Assembly (NCBI GenBank): GCA_963706575.1 | Contig: CAVPNL010000003.1 | Location: forward strand, 384,001 to 448,000 | From: an uncultured delta proteobacterium | Lineage (GTDB): Bacteria > Desulfobacterota > Desulfobacteria > Desulfobacterales > JAHEIW01 | Reading direction: 5' to 3' | DNA length: 64,000 nt | In this document: one piece after another, positions 59,759 to 64,000 of the stretch | How the letters are laid out: every line of letters starts with the position of its first letter | Position numbering within the stretch: position 1 is the stretch's first letter | Position numbers and translations under genes: made by a program | Notes under the pieces: model-generated | The model's database searches: none | Seen by the model: the letters and a program-made list of their open reading frames with translations, nothing else | What the model was told of the DNA's origin: nothing

Positions 59759-59874
59759 GCAGTTGCGCGAATTCGGATTCAATTAAAAGGTAACCACATT
59801 TCCAACGGTGTTGACAATGACTTTGTCTTTGATCAGAAATTTCACCTCATAAGCACCATAACATCACAAACACA

Positions 59875-60711
59875 TTAGCCGGATTTGGCCACTGCTTCTG
59901 CAACGCTGACAAAGGCCTTGGTGACCACTGAAGCGGTATGGGCCTCCTGATAGCAGGCACCTGAATCTCCGCAGGCAACGACCTTGGGATCAAAGGGTAT
60001 GCTGCCCAGAAAGCGGATGCCGGCTTCCCTGGCGGTTCTTTCACCGCCACCGGATCCAAAGAGGTCGATCATTTCCCCACAATGGGGGCAGCTCAAACCA
60101 CTCATATTTTCAATAAGCCCGAAAATCTCCATTTTTACCGTCTTGCAGAAGTTTATGGACTTGCGCACATCGGCCAATGCCACCTCCTGGGGCGTTGTCA
60201 CAATGACAGCCTTTGCGTCAGCGATAATTTGAGCCACCGTCAGCGGTTCATCGCCGGTACCCGGCGGACTGTCAATCACCAAAAAATCCAACTCACCCCA
60301 GTCAACGTCACCGATAAATTGCCGGATCGCGGCATATTTCAGAGGACCCCGCCAGATGATGGCATCGTCTTTGCCGGGGGTAAACGACTCAATTGAAATG
60401 GCGCTAAGATTCTGCGAATATTTCATCGGGTTGAGTTTGTTATTCGAATTAAGCTCCGGCATGCCCTCCAGGCCCAGCATGCGCGGGACATCCGGGCCAT
60501 GTAAATCAACATCCATAATACCGACTTTGTGCCCGGAATTGGCAAGGGCAATCGCCAGATTTACAGAGATGCTCGTTTTGCCGACACCGCCTTTGCCGCT
60601 CATAACGATAATTTTGTTTTTTATTTTGTCCAACACGTTTTTGACTGCCGCTTCTTTTTCAGCCTCCGCCTTTTGCGGATCCGGCGGCAAATTATTTTGA
60701 ATTTGAACCAT
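59875..60711 (-). CDS. Mrp/NBP35 (ApbC) Fe-S carrier ATPase
   Basis: SGKGGVGKT, D.D.HGP, IIWRGP, DSPPGTGD, ENMS..CPHC. Confidence 0.93.
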   Translation of the reverse strand: MVQIQNNLPPDPQKAEAEKEAAVKNVLDKIKNKIIVMSGKGGVGKTSISVNLAIALANSGHKVGIMDVDLHGPDVPRMLGLEGMPELNSNNKLNPMKYSQNLSAISIESFTPGKDDAIIWRGPLKYAAIRQFIGDVDWGELDFLVIDSPPGTGDEPLTVAQIIADAKAVIVTTPQEVALADVRKSINFCKTVKMEIFGLIENMSGLSCPHCGEMIDLFGSGGGERTAREAGIRFLGSIPFDPKVVACGDSGACYQEAHTASVVTKAFVSVAEAVAKSG

Positions 60712-60808
60712 TTTTGCTTTTCCCCTTATATGTTAGCGCATCCAAAGCCGCAGAGCCTGCAAATAAAATTTAGGATCGGCTTTGGTGTGTTGCGAGATTT
60801 TCAGATCA

Positions 60809-61228
60809 TCAACTCTCTTGCAATATGCGATGTAGATTATTTTGCTCACATTTCGGGCATCGTCGAGGCTTTCCGGTCCCTTTTTCCTCCTGCCAGGCGT
60901 GGTTGCAGCTTTTACATTTAAACATCCGGGCCTGGTTAACGATGCGATAATTGCCGCCTTCGACATTAATCGCTTTGCCATTGATCAGGGCATCGGCAAC
61001 TGTCTTTCTGCCTTTCTGGATGATCCTTCCGAAGGTGGCCCGTGAGACCCCCATGCAACGCCCGGCTTCTTCGTGAGACATGCCGAGCAGGTCGGAAAGC
61101 CGAATGGCCTCACGCTCGTCAACGGTTAAACGCACCTCTTCGAGTTGCATCATGGGAATACCGCGCGGTTTAAAATAACTGATTGCGGGATTAAAGGCGA
61201 CCCGCCGATCTTTCTGCGGCCGTACCAT
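60809..61228 (-). CDS. DUF134 HTH DNA-binding protein with C-terminal Zn ribbon
   Basis: MVRP.K.R, FKPRG, EAIRL.D..G...EA...MGVSR.TF.RI, CKSC/CPKC. Confidence 0.9.
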   Translation of the reverse strand: MVRPQKDRRVAFNPAISYFKPRGIPMMQLEEVRLTVDEREAIRLSDLLGMSHEEAGRCMGVSRATFGRIIQKGRKTVADALINGKAINVEGGNYRIVNQARMFKCKSCNHAWQEEKGTGKPRRCPKCEQNNLHRILQES

Positions 61229-61242
61229 GTGATCACGCTCCT

Positions 61243-61262
61243 TTATGAGAATATACTCAAAA
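61243..61262. promoter_or_regulatory. palindromic putative operator upstream of the DUF134 gene
   Basis: TTATGAGAAT|ATACTCAAAA (8/10 symmetric), between a minus-strand TTGACA-N17-TAGTTT and the RBS. Confidence 0.5.
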
Positions 61263-61292
61263 GAAGGAAACTAAGCGCTTCCTTCGGCTTTG

Positions 61293-61712
61293 TCAAGTTT
61301 TACTGTTAATCAGGGTTATTTGATCATTTAAGGTCCAAAAATCGTAGATCACACCAATTCCCAAAATCCCGCCGGTCAGCAGGTATAAAATCCCGGTGAT
61401 CCATTTGCCCAGATACATGCGGTGGATCCCGAACAGACCCAAAAAGGTCAGCAATATCCAGGCAATGTTATAATCTATTCTGCCGGATGTGAATCTCAAG
61501 TCGGCCTTGCGATCCATCGAAGGGATTAAAAATAGATCGATGATCCAGCCGATGAAGAACAGCCCCAGAGTAAAAAAATAAACGGTTCCCAGTACCGGAT
61601 AGCCATAATAAAACCGATGCGATCCCGTAAAACCGAATATCCACAAGATATAACCGATCGTTTTGCTGTGTGTGTCATGCGCTTCTTTCAAAATCATCCT
61701 CCTTTCCTCCAC
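61293..61712 (-). CDS. TM2/NINE domain membrane protein
   Basis: Two GxHRxYxG TM2 repeats. Confidence 0.88.
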   Translation of the reverse strand: MEERRMILKEAHDTHSKTIGYILWIFGFTGSHRFYYGYPVLGTVYFFTLGLFFIGWIIDLFLIPSMDRKADLRFTSGRIDYNIAWILLTFLGLFGIHRMYLGKWITGILYLLTGGILGIGVIYDFWTLNDQITLINSKT

Positions 61713-61797
61713 CGTAAGCTTTAATTCACCGTTGCACCCAGATCTGCCCCCCTTGAGTCCGGAAGATCTTACAGCGGCATCTTGGCGTGAGGTCCTT

Positions 61798-62184
61798 TTA
61801 TTTTGAATCCGTACCCATCACCCTCGATTTTCTCACTAAAATCACATACCCGTAAATCCCGATGTTGATCCCCACAACAATCGCCCCTAATATTATCTGA
61901 ACGCCCCGCGTCAACCCGGCTGGATAAAGCAGCCACAACAGATATTGCCCGATAAAGTCTCCGGCATAACCTGCTCCGCCTCCCCTGACACGCAGCCAGT
62001 TCTCCAGCGGCGTCAAGGGGCAAATCTTTCCTGAAAATTCAACACCAGCGGCCCAGAGGGCAGCCGGCCAATGCAGCCATATCATTTTACGCCAACGAAT
62101 AACCAGCAGCGCTCCCAGCAATGCAAACAGCACGAACATAAAATGAACTAAAACCACCAGATCGGCAAGTAAATTATAGGCCAT
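61798..62184 (-). CDS. DUF2784 membrane protein
   Basis: LAD.V..H..F, H.PA..W, CPLT.LEN.LR, F...Y...LYP. Confidence 0.85.
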   Translation of the reverse strand: MAYNLLADLVVLVHFMFVLFALLGALLVIRWRKMIWLHWPAALWAAGVEFSGKICPLTPLENWLRVRGGGAGYAGDFIGQYLLWLLYPAGLTRGVQIILGAIVVGINIGIYGYVILVRKSRVMGTDSK

Positions 62185-62240
62185 ATGGATTAATTAAAAA
62201 ACGATGAATTCTGAAATTAAAAACCGAGATAACACAATTT

Positions 62241-62278
62241 AAAATTCCTGAATCCCCAAATTCCTTAATTCCTCAATT
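62241..62278. repeat. octamer repeats (AATTCCTN)
   Basis: aaattcctgaatccccaaattccttaattcctcaatt. Confidence 0.6.
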
Positions 62279-62283
62279 ATGAT

Positions 62284-63171
62284 TTATTCAGTTTTGGCCA
62301 GTCTCAATCGCACAAAGAGCCAGGGGGCGCCCAGTGCACCCCATAGGCCCACGCAAGCATATCGAACAACCCGAAACAGGGATACCGGCTCCAGTCCGGA
62401 AAAGGCGAATCTGAGCCCCAGCCAGATAACCAAAAGAACGATCAGGCCCACGATAAAACGCATGGCCCGTTTCAAAAAGCTTCCATCTGAACAAAATCGG
62501 ATCCAGCGGCGCTCCAGGGCGATTCCCGGTAAAAACCCCAATAAGGCGCCGCAGGCGCTCAAGGCGTAACGTGACCCCTGGGGACTGATCCAAAACAGCA
62601 GGATCGGCAAAATGACTGCCGCTGCGGTTTGCCAGATAACGCCTTTTGCAACCAGCCAGGCCTCCACCTTTAGAGCAAACCGAAGATAAAGGGTCAGCAA
62701 TAGGCCACCCAAAAAATAGCCGCCGAACAAATCTGTCGGAAAATGAACCCCCAGATAAAGGCGGGATATGGGGATGGCGATCATCAAAAAGCCGGCAATG
62801 ATCCACAATTTCCCGCTTCTAATCTGAGATGCCAGATACCCCCACACCACCACCGTGGCCTGGGTATGACCACTGGGCAGCCCGCCGCCAGTGGCATGCA
62901 CCAGTTGCTGGACTCTGGAATCATATTGAAAGGGTCGCGGCTGACCTGCTACCACTTTAGAAATGGCGTTGACATATGCCGATATTAAAAAAAGAACCAG
63001 CAGCCGGGCCCCCATGCGGCGGTCTAGACACCAATAAATGAGCGGCATAACTAACAGGAAAAACTCAAGATTTCCCAAAAAGGTCACGCTTTTGAACGGC
63101 AGATCAAGGGTGGGACTAAATTGCTGAAACCATAGTACGATTTCTATCCCCCAATCTAAAAAGGGCTGCAC
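62284..63171 (-). CDS. PAP2-family membrane phosphatase
   Basis: K.....PRP, PSGH, SRLYLGVHFP.D. Confidence 0.92.
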   Translation of the reverse strand: MQPFLDWGIEIVLWFQQFSPTLDLPFKSVTFLGNLEFFLLVMPLIYWCLDRRMGARLLVLFLISAYVNAISKVVAGQPRPFQYDSRVQQLVHATGGGLPSGHTQATVVVWGYLASQIRSGKLWIIAGFLMIAIPISRLYLGVHFPTDLFGGYFLGGLLLTLYLRFALKVEAWLVAKGVIWQTAAAVILPILLFWISPQGSRYALSACGALLGFLPGIALERRWIRFCSDGSFLKRAMRFIVGLIVLLVIWLGLRFAFSGLEPVSLFRVVRYACVGLWGALGAPWLFVRLRLAKTE

Positions 63172-63199
63172 CGATCCCCTCCGGTAGTAGCTATGATTC

Positions 63200-63249
63200 T
63201 GGAACCCGGTTTGTTTTGAACAAGAAATATTTTGTTGAGATGGGTTCTA
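63200..63249. repeat. short degenerate MITE derivative starting at the stop codon of the protease gene
   Basis: TGGAACCC ... TTGAGATGGGTTCTA; the CTA at 63247-63249 is the gene's TAG. Confidence 0.6.
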
Positions 63250-63999
63250 ATTGTCGGCCGGCGGCTTCCAGCGAATCACCTGTTTTTCGAAATCGATATT
63301 ATACTGGAACCTTCTCAGAAAATTCATGCCCAGCAGCCCACTATAGTTCTCTTCCGACCCCTCATAGTTGATGATCCAAATAATGGCGTTGTTCATTTTT
63401 TTGGGCCCGACTTTTATGTAACTTACTTTTCCGACCTCGGTATAAATCTTCTGGCCACTGGCCATCTGGGACAACACTTTTTTGAGAGCAACGATATTGA
63501 GCTGATTGGCAATATCGCGGTAAACAACCGTCCCGGATGCGCCGGTATCCAGCAGCAAATTCACTGCTATTTCAATACCGTTGTTTCCGATGGTCACCGG
63601 CACAAAAACCCGATTGCCTTCGATGGTCACCGGGGTTTCGATGGGTTTCTGCCTGGCAAGTTCCTCCTGGCGTTTTCTTTCGGCTTCTTCTTGCTCAGCG
63701 GCCTGTTGCAGTTCCAGCTCAATCTGGCGCAGCTGTTCGGCTTCCAGCTCTTGCCGCTGTTGCTGCTCCTTTTGGACTCGCGATTTCTTTTGGTCAGCAG
63801 GCAAATGGTCATATTTTTCCTTGTACACATTTACCTGGTCCACGTATTCTGGAGGTATTTTGCTCAGGTCATCGACATAAAACGTTTGCCCATCTTTATC
63901 CACATACTTATAAAACTCGGCCAATGAATCCATTGGATAGATCCAGGCAAAAAAAACGGCAATCAGACAACCGCAAAAATGGCGTTTTTTAAGCAACAT
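63247..63999 (-). CDS. exported DUF4124 + retropepsin-like aspartyl protease
   Basis: Signal peptide, FYKYVDKDG..Y.DD..IP, coiled coil, LLDTGAS, GLLGMNFL. Confidence 0.85.
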   Translation of the reverse strand: MLLKKRHFCGCLIAVFFAWIYPMDSLAEFYKYVDKDGQTFYVDDLSKIPPEYVDQVNVYKEKYDHLPADQKKSRVQKEQQQRQELEAEQLRQIELELQQAAEQEEAERKRQEELARQKPIETPVTIEGNRVFVPVTIGNNGIEIAVNLLLDTGASGTVVYRDIANQLNIVALKKVLSQMASGQKIYTEVGKVSYIKVGPKKMNNAIIWIINYEGSEENYSGLLGMNFLRRFQYNIDFEKQVIRWKPPADN

Positions 64000-64000
64000 G

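Noticed and set aside
59784..59850. Short minus-strand frame (VKFLIKDKVIVNTVGNVVTF) after mrp
   Set aside because: Too short, with an ambiguous start and no recognisable family.

Overview
Core-genome window from an anaerobic deltaproteobacterium. Gene set and protein families point to Desulfobacterales/Desulfobacterota; this is an inference. Left to right: a 2-oxoacid:ferredoxin oxidoreductase operon (delta, alpha, fused beta-gamma) running into a large, internally reduced HdrL-like flavoprotein with a fused MvhD domain that runs off the left edge; mltG; a PAS-GGDEF-EAL gene; nagZ; tsaD/purM; aminotransferase-hom-thrH; tRNA-fMet; lptA; ftsB-murJ; rpsT; lptE (two frameshifts); leuS; rne/rng; yajC-secDF; dprA-topA; ilvBNC-cimA-leuA with an unannotated Ile/Leu/Val leader-peptide attenuator; pyrD; an orphan RiPP-type B12 radical SAM gene; an inositol cluster (ino1, PfkB kinase, PIP-synthase-like CDP-alcohol transferase); hydroxyproline dehydratase hypD plus activase, bracketed by inverted composite REPs; Sec-containing selD (UGA + SECIS, one frameshift); AOR; tsaA; mrp; DUF134; and membrane genes. 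No CRISPR array, integrase or transposase was seen. The intergenic DNA holds three repeat systems: a 146-bp hairpin MITE family whose ends repeatedly coincide with host stop codons, GTGG-type REPs with nested inserts, and about 12 patches of degenerate 7-9-bp tandem repeats, often as inverted arms.
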